Of a stretch of 64,000 bases of DNA, positions 9,175-18,041 are shown one piece after another (positions within the stretch are counted from its first letter, which is position 1; each line of letters opens with the position of its first letter). The DNA is taken from the NCBI GenBank assembly GCA_045639065.1, contig JAZUCK010000016.1, forward strand, positions 7,705 through 71,704. Direction: 5' to 3'. A program made the position numbers and the translations under genes. The notes beneath the pieces are model-generated. The model had not been told where the DNA came from. It saw only the letters and a list, made by a program, of their open reading frames with translations, and searched no databases. This stretch comes from Alphaproteobacteria bacterium. Lineage in GTDB: Bacteria; Pseudomonadota; Alphaproteobacteria; RF32; CAG-239.

Positions 9175-10422
9175 TCAGGCAACAGCCATTGCAATTTTGG
9201 CTTGGACACCTGCTGTTTGAGGCACACCTAAACTCTCTTGCAAGAAGTTCGACAAATTAGATGCCGAAATTGCTTGTTTTGGGATTCCGAAGGTGCTTGA
9301 AAGATATCCTTTCAAAGCCTCCCCAAACTCCATGACGACATGCTCTGGAGCTCCTAAAAACAACTCTTGCACGACGAGATATCCTCCAGGAATATCTTCC
9401 TTTCCGTAAAATTCGATGTACGAGCAAGCATACACGTCATCCGGATTGGTGATATTTACCTGTGGGTTTGACATCGCCACCATACTGTCTCCCCATTGAG
9501 GAATGCAGCCGATGAAGTCGCCAAACAAGTGACACCATACGTATCTAGCGGCTTTTGCAATGAAAATAGCTCGGCCATCTTCAGCAACTGAATAGAATTC
9601 GTATCTTTTGAAGAATTCTTCTTGAGATACTTCCCATCCGCCGTTACCTCCTTCGCAATAGTCAACAAACCATGCACCGTTGCCTTTTGCGATTTCTTGA
9701 GCTTCGTAAGCACCAAAGGTATGAGCCATAATGAACTCGCCTTCTTCGCTTAACCGAGCGTAAATAGGACGCAATGCATTCTTAATAGCAATGCTTGCAT
9801 TTCCTCGTTTACGCATTTCATCGTAAGCCATTTTTTTGAAGTTTACACCAACGGTGAACTTGCGATTTTTCTCGTTGTATAAATAACGAGGAACCTCTAC
9901 AAGCTCAGTACCATTGTGAGCAATATACTCCAATGTTTCATAAGTGCCTTCGCTTTCCGCGGTAATGTAGCCAAGATTATCAGCTTCCATTTCTTCGCGT
10001 TCGTAGCGTGAAACAAGATAGTACTTATTTCCTTTTTCGTCGTGCCAAAGTATGCCTGTGAGAGGTACAAATTGGGTGACGATTTCGCCGTTGCTTAGAG
10101 CAATAGCAGGGTTTTCGCTTTTCTTCAAAACTTTCGCAACTTTTTCTGGATTAGTTGAGTTGATCAACTTTGCCCAGTTTCCGTTTCCGTCTGTGAAGAA
10201 ACTTGAAAGAACCTTTTTGCCATCGCGGATAACAACCGGAGTTCCGTCGCTGTCGAAAGTTACATAACTTTTAACGCCCATTTGAATGGCCTCATTTGTG
10301 TTTGCAACAAGTGCATACTCATAACCTGCACGGTCAAAAAATTTTGTTTTCATAATGAATAAAAAAATTAGTAATTGGGCTTTAGTCCTTTGATCTTGCT
10401 TGCCTAAGGTAAGAGGACACAT
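9175..10422 (-). CDS. hypothetical protein (about 392-415 aa); possible start at internal Met (10353)
   Basis: A long intact ORF with no recognisable motif. It contains a Cys/His/Asp-rich segment (WCHLFGDFIGC). Confidence 0.45.
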   Translation of the reverse strand: MCPLTLGKQDQRTKAQLLIFLFIMKTKFFDRAGYEYALVANTNEAIQMGVKSYVTFDSDGTPVVIRDGKKVLSSFFTDGNGNWAKLINSTNPEKVAKVLKKSENPAIALSNGEIVTQFVPLTGILWHDEKGNKYYLVSRYEREEMEADNLGYITAESEGTYETLEYIAHNGTELVEVPRYLYNEKNRKFTVGVNFKKMAYDEMRKRGNASIAIKNALRPIYARLSEEGEFIMAHTFGAYEAQEIAKGNGAWFVDYCEGGNGGWEVSQEEFFKRYEFYSVAEDGRAIFIAKAARYVWCHLFGDFIGCIPQWGDSMVAMSNPQVNITNPDDVYACSYIEFYGKEDIPGGYLVVQELFLGAPEHVVMEFGEALKGYLSSTFGIPKQAISASNLSNFLQESLGVPQTAGVQAKIAMAVA

Positions 10423-10512
10423 TTAATATATTTACATCTTTAATAATATCATGTTTTTTTAGTCTACGCAAGGGGGAATAAATCGGTGATATTTGAAAGC
10501 CTTTTAATTGCC

Positions 10513-10748
10513 AAGTTATTGAAAAATATAGAAAGCTAGTTCGAAGATGGTGGAAAATAGGTGGCTGGATTGGGTACTCCCGCTCATAATCTTCGCGGGT
10601 CCTCCTCGCGTCGTAGGGCTCGCACGTCGTTTTACTTGTGCTTGCCAACTATCCGCTCCGAACCAAGTTGCTTCGCCTCAAAACCACACTCAATCCAACA
10701 AAAAAATCCTCCATAAAGGAGGACTTTTTTGTTGGCTGGAGACGACTT
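10513..10748 (+). repeat. about 230-bp GC-rich structured direct repeat, copy 1, ending in intrinsic terminator (aaaaaaatcctccataaaggaggactttttt)
   Basis: It is about 93% identical to 11746-11972. Long-range complementarity (tggattggg...ctcaatcca) plus internal hairpins suggest a folded RNA. Confidence 0.6.
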
Positions 10749-10834
10749 GCAATCTGCGAAATTAAAACCTTGATTTTCACTCTAAAATATGGTAATATCA
10801 GACTAGTAAGATAACTGTTTGGGAGCAAAATATC

Positions 10835-11620
10835 ATGATAAATGAGCCAGATTATAATATAAGCATTAGAGATGGTGGTGAAATTATCATGATGCGTCAT
10901 AAAGATTTTGCTGTATTTTCCGGAAACTATGAGACAGACGATAAATTTAGAGAATTTTGTGATATTTTGTTACTTAAAAGTAAAAATCGAAAGTGTATTC
11001 CAGAGAAAAGAGATACCCCTTGTTTTGAAGTTAAAACCACCATTTCTTCTGTAGAACGTGATAATGATGGTGCTATTAGAGTAAATGTTCCTAAAAATCC
11101 TTTTATGGGCTCTTTTGCTGTAAACTCTGATGATTTTCAATTTTCTGAAGGTCAAAATGTTTGGTATACAGATTCTAATCCACCCAAAATGCTTATTGGA
11201 GATGAAAAAAAATCTACAATAATTATTCAGCATTATAAAATGGGTTGGATGAGTAAGAATAAATATGATTATTATCAATTAAATGAAGCATCTAGAGCCA
11301 TATATGATGTACTAATAAAAGAAACTGATCATAATAAATTATATTCGTATTTACAAGATGTTGAAAAAATTTATAATGGAGAAGATGCGACATTTCTTTC
11401 TAGTAAATCTAATGAGTATAGAGAAAAGGCTACAGCTTTAGCAGAGGAATATAAAAAGATTAATAGAAAATCAATAATGAGAAAAGGTGAATTTTGTTTA
11501 ATGCATCCAGAAGATGTTAATGATTCTGGTATTGTGCAATCTGCTAAGGACTATGTTCCCTCTCATATAGCAACTTCTTTAAAATTACCTAATACCATAT
11601 TAAAAGGAAGATCTGTGTAG
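10835..11620 (+). CDS. hypothetical protein (261 aa) bracketed by the 230-bp direct repeats
   Basis: An intact ORF with no recognisable domain. A terminator hairpin follows at 11649-11676. Confidence 0.45.
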   Translation: MINEPDYNISIRDGGEIIMMRHKDFAVFSGNYETDDKFREFCDILLLKSKNRKCIPEKRDTPCFEVKTTISSVERDNDGAIRVNVPKNPFMGSFAVNSDDFQFSEGQNVWYTDSNPPKMLIGDEKKSTIIIQHYKMGWMSKNKYDYYQLNEASRAIYDVLIKETDHNKLYSYLQDVEKIYNGEDATFLSSKSNEYREKATALAEEYKKINRKSIMRKGEFCLMHPEDVNDSGIVQSAKDYVPSHIATSLKLPNTILKGRSV

Positions 11621-11648
11621 TATTTATTTGCTGTAATACACTTTTAAT

Positions 11649-11685
11649 AACCTACTGTCCTTAACATCAGTAGGTTATTTTTTTA
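11649..11685 (+). terminator. Rho-independent terminator (aacctactg ...cagtaggtt + T-run)
   Basis: A 9-bp stem and T7 run lie 29 bp after the stop of the 261-aa ORF. Confidence 0.6.
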
Positions 11686-11745
11686 TTCAACCTATGCAAA
11701 AATTTACATAGGTTCTTTTTCTGCTCAAAAAGGCTAAAATTTACT

Positions 11746-11972
11746 AAGTTATTGAAAAATATAGAAGCAAGTTCGAAGATGTTGTAAAATAGGTGGCTGG
11801 ATTGGGTACTCCCGCTCATAATCTTCGCGGGTCCTCCTCGCGGCGTAGGGCTCGCACGTCGTTTTACTTGTGCTCACCAACTATCCGCTCCGAACCAAGT
11901 TGATTCGCCTTAAAACCACTCTCAATCCAACAAAAAAATCCTCCATGAAAGGAGGATTTTTTTGCTGGCTGG
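11746..11972 (+). repeat. about 230-bp GC-rich structured direct repeat, copy 2, overlapping the 3' end of tRNA-Gln
   Basis: See copy 1. Its terminator hairpin (11925-11962) abuts the minus-strand tRNA-Gln. Confidence 0.6.
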
Positions 11973-12040
11973 GGTGGCTGGATTCGAACCAACGAATGAC
12001 GATACCAAAAACCGTTGCCTTACCACTTGGCGACACCCCA
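11966..12040 (-). tRNA. trnQ: tRNA-Gln (anticodon TTG)
   Basis: The reverse complement is TGGGGTGTCGCCAAGTGGTAAGGCAACGGTTTTTGGTATCGTCATTCGTTGGTTCGAATCCAGCCACCCCAGCCA. This nearly matches the E. coli tRNA-Gln(UUG) architecture. Confidence 0.9.
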
Positions 12041-12200
12041 ATAATATTTTATGTTCTTATCTCAGCCACTGGTGGCTGGATTGTGCGCCCGCTTCGCACT
12101 GCGCATCTTTCGCTGATTGCTCAAGACCGCCTCTCTTCTTTCGGCGTCCAACTGCGAATTACTTCGCAATTCTTGTTAGTCAAACCAAGCAAATTACGAA

Positions 12201-12240
12201 ACCAAAACTGTTTTCTCTACCACTTGGCGACACCCCAATA
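12201..12240 (-). pseudogene. degenerate duplicate of the 5' ~40 nt of tRNA-Gln
   Basis: Positions 12217-12240 (ctaccacttggcgacaccccaata) repeat 12019-12042 exactly. The upstream 16 nt are a degraded match. Confidence 0.55.
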
Positions 12241-12386
12241 TTTGGGCTCTCATTATGAGAACAGGCTTATATGTAAATTAAAATAAATATAATTGCAAGC
12301 ACTTTTTTATTATTGTGATAATTTTTTTTATTATTTTTACTAACAGTCATTCAGATACTTTATAAGTTTGCCGTAATTTATATATG

Positions 12387-13463
12387 CTAACGGTCTATGT
12401 CTATTGAAGCAAGTTGTATATTGCGTAGATTTTTATTTTGCATTGTGTTGTTTTCATTTAATGTCGGTGTTTGTGTGTTTTCTTGTATATCATTTTGCGT
12501 AATATTTTTGATGTTTTGCTTGTATTGTTTGTTGTCTTTTTTCATTTTTTCTATTGTATCTTTTGAATTTTTATTAGTTTGTTGAGTGTTGTTTAAATGC
12601 GTATGGTTGGTCGTTTGTCGTTTATTAACTCTATTCTCAAAAATGGTGGTATTATTTTTATATTTTTCAGCCATAGCCATTAAATATTGAGTATCTTTAA
12701 GCTCGGAAGAATTATTATTATGAGGCAGATTACGCATTGATTGGTTATAAGGGACATCACCTATTTCTTTACCGCTTAGGTCGTAAAAAGTAATTTGTCC
12801 GATATCATCACAAGTAACAATTTGTTGTCCAAAAGGTTTGCCATCAAGTGTTACGGAAAACCCTTTTATCTGTTGGCCGTTTTTTTCAAGCATTTCGTTC
12901 TTTATCTCAACGGTATGTTTGTTTAAATCTATTTCTTTTCCCATGTTGTACAACTTCATGTTTTGGATATTGCCCTCTGAGTCATAGAGGACCATAGCTC
13001 CATGTCTTTTTTTATTAACCATACTTACCATAACATGATTACCCTTGTCATCGTCGATTGTTCTAATCTCGGAAGTGAGAACTTCATCATCAAAATAGGA
13101 TACAAGATCTATATCTAAAGAATTAGATCTTTTTTGTTCCTCCAAATATTTTTTTACGCCTTCATCTGTATCAACACTATCGCAAATATAAGATAATTCT
13201 TCCGGTAATAATTGATCCTTAAATTGTTCGCAAAGTTGTGTAGATAATATAGAACGTTGATACTCAGTCATATCGGTTTTGATTATGCTATTGATCATTC
13301 TGTTTGCTAAAAAGGGAGCGTCTAAAAATATTAAGCCATATTTATCGGCAATCTCTCGTTCATCAGAAGTTAAATTTAAGAATTCATATTTCTCTTCATC
13401 GGTAAGAGGTTCAACTTCACACATATCTTTCATTGCGTTTAATTTTTCTGTTAATGTTGTCAT
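12387..13463 (-). CDS. hypothetical protein with long Asn/Gln/Thr/Lys-rich low-complexity C-terminal tail
   Basis: A 358-aa intact ORF. The C-terminal 110 aa are N/Q/T/K-rich (NNTQQTNKNSKD...), a eukaryote-like low-complexity feature. It is divergent from the Hsp70-like gene. Confidence 0.5.
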   Translation of the reverse strand: MTTLTEKLNAMKDMCEVEPLTDEEKYEFLNLTSDEREIADKYGLIFLDAPFLANRMINSIIKTDMTEYQRSILSTQLCEQFKDQLLPEELSYICDSVDTDEGVKKYLEEQKRSNSLDIDLVSYFDDEVLTSEIRTIDDDKGNHVMVSMVNKKRHGAMVLYDSEGNIQNMKLYNMGKEIDLNKHTVEIKNEMLEKNGQQIKGFSVTLDGKPFGQQIVTCDDIGQITFYDLSGKEIGDVPYNQSMRNLPHNNNSSELKDTQYLMAMAEKYKNNTTIFENRVNKRQTTNHTHLNNTQQTNKNSKDTIEKMKKDNKQYKQNIKNITQNDIQENTQTPTLNENNTMQNKNLRNIQLASIDIDR

Positions 13464-13581
13464 TGATTGTCTCCTAATAGCAAATTTATATTCATTATAT
13501 CATAATAAATATATAAAATCAAATTTCTTGACTTTTACTCAGTTTACCTTATTAAGTTCTTTGAACAAAGGAGCAAATGAA

Positions 13582-14850
13582 ATGACTTTTTCTTGCGGAA
13601 TAGATTTTGGAACAACAAATACTATTGCGGCATTGGCTCAAAAAAATGTCCTTCCTTCTTTAGTAACTTTAGAAAATAACAACACGACTCTTCCGAGTGT
13701 GTTGTTTTTTGATAATGATAATAATGTATCTTTCGGAAGAGAAGCATTGGATTTGTATATGAACGGCAAATTAGGACGTTGTATGCGAAGTTTAAAACGA
13801 GTTTTGGGTACCGATTTGATGTCTTCCGGAACTTATATAAACAATAAAAAGGTGTCTTTTACCGATATTTTGAGTTGTTTTTTAAGGAATGTTAAGGGAA
13901 AAACAGATGCTCAAGCCAAAGCCAATGTCGAAAATGTTGTTCTTGGACGTCCGGTTCATTTTCGAGATTTTGACAGTGATGCTGATACAAGAGCTGAGAA
14001 TGAGTTAAGGCAAGTTGCTTTAAATATCGGTTTTAAGAATATTGAGTTTCAATACGAACCGATTGCGGCAGCTTTTGCTCATGAGAGAAATTTATCCAAA
14101 GAAAAGCTGGCTTGTGTTATTGATGTCGGGGGCGGAACCTCGGACTTTACAATTTTGCGTATCGGCAATCAGTTGATGAATAAAATCGACCGAAAAGACG
14201 ATATTTTAGCCAATACCGGTGTAAGAATAGGCGGTAATGATTTTGATAAAGATTTGTCGTTAAAATGTTTTATGAATGCATTTGGTTATGGTTCGTTACA
14301 AGGTGGAAAAACTCAGCATGATAAAATAATCGATTTGCCAAGTGCGCCTTTTCATACTATGGCAGAATGGAGCTCGATTAACTCTATGTACACGTATAAA
14401 GAGCTTAATTTTGCTAAAAAAATGCTGTTTAATGCCGTTGAGCCGGACAAAGTAAGTCGTTTTGTTGAACTGATAGAAAGAGAACTTGGTTATACTTTGT
14501 TAAATGTGGTTGAAAATACCAAAATTGAGCTGACAAATATAAATGAAGTGAGTGTTTTGCTCGATTTTATTTCGGATAAGCCGTCAATTAAGGCAAGCAG
14601 GGCTGATTTTGAAGCATCGTTAAATTGGGATATGAAAAGAGTATTTGAACAAATTGATGAATGTGTTAAGCAAGCTCAAGTTAAAAAAGAGGATATTCAA
14701 TTAGTGGTTTTGACCGGAGGTTCTACCGAAATTCCGCTTATAAAAAATTTGGTTAAACAATATTTTCCTAATGCTGAACTGTCGCAAGAAAATAAATTTT
14801 CCAGCGTCGGTATGGGTTTAGCTTATGACAGTATTAGAAAATTTGGCTGA
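13582..14850 (+). CDS. Hsp70-family ATPase-domain protein (YegD-like, lacks substrate-binding lid)
   Basis: It carries the phosphate-1 motif GIDFGTTNT, the DVGGGTSDF phosphate-2 motif and the actin-like ATPase fold. It is only about 420 aa, with no C-terminal SBD. An RBS aaggag lies 8 nt upstream of the ATG at 13582. Confidence 0.7.
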   Translation: MTFSCGIDFGTTNTIAALAQKNVLPSLVTLENNNTTLPSVLFFDNDNNVSFGREALDLYMNGKLGRCMRSLKRVLGTDLMSSGTYINNKKVSFTDILSCFLRNVKGKTDAQAKANVENVVLGRPVHFRDFDSDADTRAENELRQVALNIGFKNIEFQYEPIAAAFAHERNLSKEKLACVIDVGGGTSDFTILRIGNQLMNKIDRKDDILANTGVRIGGNDFDKDLSLKCFMNAFGYGSLQGGKTQHDKIIDLPSAPFHTMAEWSSINSMYTYKELNFAKKMLFNAVEPDKVSRFVELIERELGYTLLNVVENTKIELTNINEVSVLLDFISDKPSIKASRADFEASLNWDMKRVFEQIDECVKQAQVKKEDIQLVVLTGGSTEIPLIKNLVKQYFPNAELSQENKFSSVGMGLAYDSIRKFG

Positions 14851-15528
14851 TTTCTTATTTTTTCTGATTAAAATATGCCAGTGATAGCTTTCAAAAGTTT
14901 GGTCGTCTTTGGTGTAATATGTTCCGACGTGTTTTATATCTTCGATACTGAAATCTTTGAACAGTTGATGTATTAAATCATAGTCGGCATAAAAATGAGG
15001 GACCATATATTCCGGACCTTGTTCATCACGCAATTTGGTATTTTCATCAACCATGGGCCAGTCTTGTTTAAAACCCCAAGTTTCTTTTGAGCCCAACGTG
15101 AGATAGCATTCGCCATTAGATTTTAAGACGCGTTTTAATTCGTCTGCTATTTTATACATTCCTTTAGTGTCGGTATGGGAAATGACATTCATACATAAAA
15201 TACAGTCGATGCTTTCGTTATCAAACGGGATATTTAGCATATCGCCTTGTTTTACGTTTATATTCAAGTTTTCGGTTTTTGCCCATTCGCTTGTGCGTGT
15301 TATGGCTTCTTCACTAATATCAAAAGCCGACACATCAAAACCGTTTTTGGCAAACAAAATTGTGTGACGACCAAGACCGCAACCCAAATCCAGAAAAGAT
15401 TGTTTCTGTTGGTTTTTCCAACGTGAGAGCAGATAAAAAGTCTCAGGTGCCGGATTTTTCCATGTTTGGGCAAATTCATCGGTTACAATTTGCCAATCCC
15501 AGCCTTTTGATTTGATGATGTCGCTCAT
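14818..15528 (-). CDS. class I SAM-dependent methyltransferase
   Basis: Motif I LDLGCGLGRHT and a post-I acidic residue (FDIS) are present. 236 aa. Confidence 0.7.
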   Translation of the reverse strand: MSDIIKSKGWDWQIVTDEFAQTWKNPAPETFYLLSRWKNQQKQSFLDLGCGLGRHTILFAKNGFDVSAFDISEEAITRTSEWAKTENLNINVKQGDMLNIPFDNESIDCILCMNVISHTDTKGMYKIADELKRVLKSNGECYLTLGSKETWGFKQDWPMVDENTKLRDEQGPEYMVPHFYADYDLIHQLFKDFSIEDIKHVGTYYTKDDQTFESYHWHILIRKNKKSAKFSNTVIS

Positions 15529-15550
15529 AATAAACTCGCAGATAAGTTGG

Positions 15551-16492
15551 TTATGCTTTTGTTGCTTTATTACGTTTTTTAGTAAGGCGCTTAGCTAAAA
15601 TTGTAAGTTTTCGGCTTAGTTTGCTTGGCTTTGTTTGCACCATTTTTTTCTTTTTGTCTTCTTTAACCTTTAAGATATCCAAATCACGTTCGGTAGCCAT
15701 TTTATCTAAAATGGTCTTAACCACGTGGTCAAGTTGAGAGTTTTCGCGATAGTCGGCAGGTAGGGCAAAGTTTACACGATTGTCGGCCAAAAGCTGAATC
15801 GCAGTTTTGCGGTGTTTGCTTTTTGGACGATATACGGCAATGGCGTTACCGCCTTTTTCTTTAACAATTTTCATTGATGGAATATCGGTCATTCCGTCAC
15901 CAAAATAAATCATTCGTTTATATGGGATACGTCGTTGATCGTCGGGCATATACTCGTTTACGGCTCTATCTTCGGTTTTGCTAAGACCCTTATTGATTTT
16001 GGCAATATATTGAGTTTTGGTTGAATAATTTACAATGCGGGCAGGCCAAACAGGAATGCCGTCTTCATCGTAAACATATGAGCAACCGAACACATCTTTG
16101 AAGTGTTTGCGGATAGATGTGCCGGAGATAATTTCTTCCATACCCGAAGATATAATATAGTGTTCTATTTGAAGTCCGTGTTTGGCACCATATTCGTTAA
16201 TGCGCTCAAACCATTCTTCAACACCGTCAAAGTAGGTAATGTTTTTGGCGGTATCACATAAAAATTGTTTGGTTAATTTGATGCCTTTTTCTTTGGCAGA
16301 CTGTTGAATATAGTACATTGTACCGGTAATTTGATCGGCACAATGGTCTTTTGACCATTGATTTGCGGTTTTCCAAAAATGATCGGGTTTGTCGCCTAAA
16401 GCAGGAATCAAAATATAATCCTGCATATAGGTTGTGCTTAAGGTTTCGTCAAAATCGTAGATGAGTGCAACTTTTGTAGTATTTTTTGCCAT
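15551..16492 (-). CDS. HAD-superfamily hydrolase (paralog of 51186-52037), basic C-terminal tail
   Basis: HAD motif I is DFDETL and motif IV is GDGMTD. It aligns to the second copy through WPARIVNY..TKTQY. The start was chosen at MAKNTTKV by alignment with the paralog. Confidence 0.6.
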   Translation of the reverse strand: MAKNTTKVALIYDFDETLSTTYMQDYILIPALGDKPDHFWKTANQWSKDHCADQITGTMYYIQQSAKEKGIKLTKQFLCDTAKNITYFDGVEEWFERINEYGAKHGLQIEHYIISSGMEEIISGTSIRKHFKDVFGCSYVYDEDGIPVWPARIVNYSTKTQYIAKINKGLSKTEDRAVNEYMPDDQRRIPYKRMIYFGDGMTDIPSMKIVKEKGGNAIAVYRPKSKHRKTAIQLLADNRVNFALPADYRENSQLDHVVKTILDKMATERDLDILKVKEDKKKKMVQTKPSKLSRKLTILAKRLTKKRNKATKA

Positions 16493-16583
16493 TTTAATTA
16501 TATCTCCGCTTGCAATTATGTGTTTGTTATTATAAAACATTAGAAGTTAATTTTTAATTTATGAAGAAAAAGAGGTTAAAAAA

Positions 16584-17945
16584 ATGGTTGCAACATCTAT
16601 GGATCAGTTAGTTTCGCTTTGTAAACGCAGAGGTTTTATTTTTCAAAATGCCGATATTTACGGAGGTTTGCAAGGTGTGTATGATTATGGTCCGCTTGGT
16701 GTGGAATTGAAAAACAACTTAAAAGCAGCTTGGTGGCGTGCTATGGTTTATGAACGTGACGATGTCGAAGGCTTGGATGCTGCCATTTTGACCAATCAAA
16801 AAGTTTTGCATTATTCGGGACATGAAGATACTTTTTCGGATCCGATGACAGACTGTAAACAATGTAAAGGTCGTTTTAGAGCCGATCATATCAAAGACGG
16901 CAAATGTCCGAACTGCGGTTCAACTGATTTGACTGAGCCAAGACCGTTTAATTTGATGTTTAAGACTGCTATCGGTCCGGTTGATGATGGTTCGTCATTC
17001 GGTTATTTGCGTCCGGAAACTGCTCAGGCTATTTTTACTCAATTTAAAAACGTGGTTGACTCTACATCGAGAAAACTTCCTTTCGGTATTGCTCAAATCG
17101 GTAAGTCGTTCAGAAATGAAATAACTCCTCGTAACTTTATTTTTAGAGTGAGAGAGTTTGAACAAGCCGAGTTGGAATATTTTGTTATGCCGGGAGAAGA
17201 TGAAAAATGGCACGAAGAATGGAAAGAATCCCGCGTTAAATGGTGGGAAGAACAAGGGTTAAAAAGAGAAAATATCAATATCTATACCACTCCGAAAGAA
17301 GATTTGGCTCACTATGCTAAGGCTTGTTATGATATTGAATATCAATTTCCTCACGGTATGGAAGAATTGGAAGGAATCGCCAATCGTACGGATTATGACT
17401 TGGGCAACCACACCAAAGCACAAGAGGAAATGAATTTGACTTCTCATTGTCATGAAAACAAAGAATCAACACAAAAACTTTGTATCATGGATGATAATAA
17501 CAAATGGGTTGTGCCGTTTGTTATTGAGCCGTCTATGGGTGTTGACAGAGGTGTTTTGGCGGTTATGACTGAAGCATATACCGAAGAAGATTTGGGTAAT
17601 GGCAATATGCGCACAGTGTTAAAGTTGAAAAAGCATCTTGCGCCGATTAAAGTTGCAATTATTCCTTTGAAGAAAAACAATGAGCAAATTATGGCTAAAT
17701 GTTATGAGCTGAAAAAAGCTTTGTTAAAGCTTGGAATCGGTCGTGTGGCATTGGAAAATACCGGAAATATCGGTAAGGCATATCGTCGTCATGATGAAAT
17801 CGGTACACCGCTTTGTTTGACTGTTGATTTTGAAACTATTGAAAATACTCCCGAATCTGTTACCGTTCGTGACAGAGATACAATGGAACAAATCAGAGTT
17901 AACACAAGCGATTTGCCTAATTACTTGAGAGAATATTTTTTGTAA
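16584..17945 (+). CDS. glyQS: glycine--tRNA ligase, class II homodimeric (GlyQS type)
   Basis: N-terminal [31 protein letters not shown] is typical of alpha2-type GlyRS. Class II motifs and a C-terminal anticodon-binding domain are present. Confidence 0.85.
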   Translation: MVATSMDQLVSLCKRRGFIFQNADIYGGLQGVYDYGPLGVELKNNLKAAWWRAMVYERDDVEGLDAAILTNQKVLHYSGHEDTFSDPMTDCKQCKGRFRADHIKDGKCPNCGSTDLTEPRPFNLMFKTAIGPVDDGSSFGYLRPETAQAIFTQFKNVVDSTSRKLPFGIAQIGKSFRNEITPRNFIFRVREFEQAELEYFVMPGEDEKWHEEWKESRVKWWEEQGLKRENINIYTTPKEDLAHYAKACYDIEYQFPHGMEELEGIANRTDYDLGNHTKAQEEMNLTSHCHENKESTQKLCIMDDNNKWVVPFVIEPSMGVDRGVLAVMTEAYTEEDLGNGNMRTVLKLKKHLAPIKVAIIPLKKNNEQIMAKCYELKKALLKLGIGRVALENTGNIGKAYRRHDEIGTPLCLTVDFETIENTPESVTVRDRDTMEQIRVNTSDLPNYLREYFL

Positions 17946-18041
17946 GATTTAGCTGAAAAATTTCTTTTAAGTTATCTGACTGTTGCATTTTTGATTTATG
18001 GTATATATTATATTTTTAAGTTGTGAAAATGAGCAGGGCTT

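Noticed and set aside
11870-12286. ORFs of 138 and 98 aa across tRNA-Gln
   Set aside because: They overlap the tRNA and the GC-rich repeat. There is no RBS and it is a non-coding context.
13279-13581. Upstream extension of the Hsp70-like ORF to 13279
   Set aside because: The extension overlaps the divergent 12387-13463 gene. A strong RBS (aaggag) sits 8 nt before the internal ATG at 13582, where the Hsp70 N-terminal motif begins.
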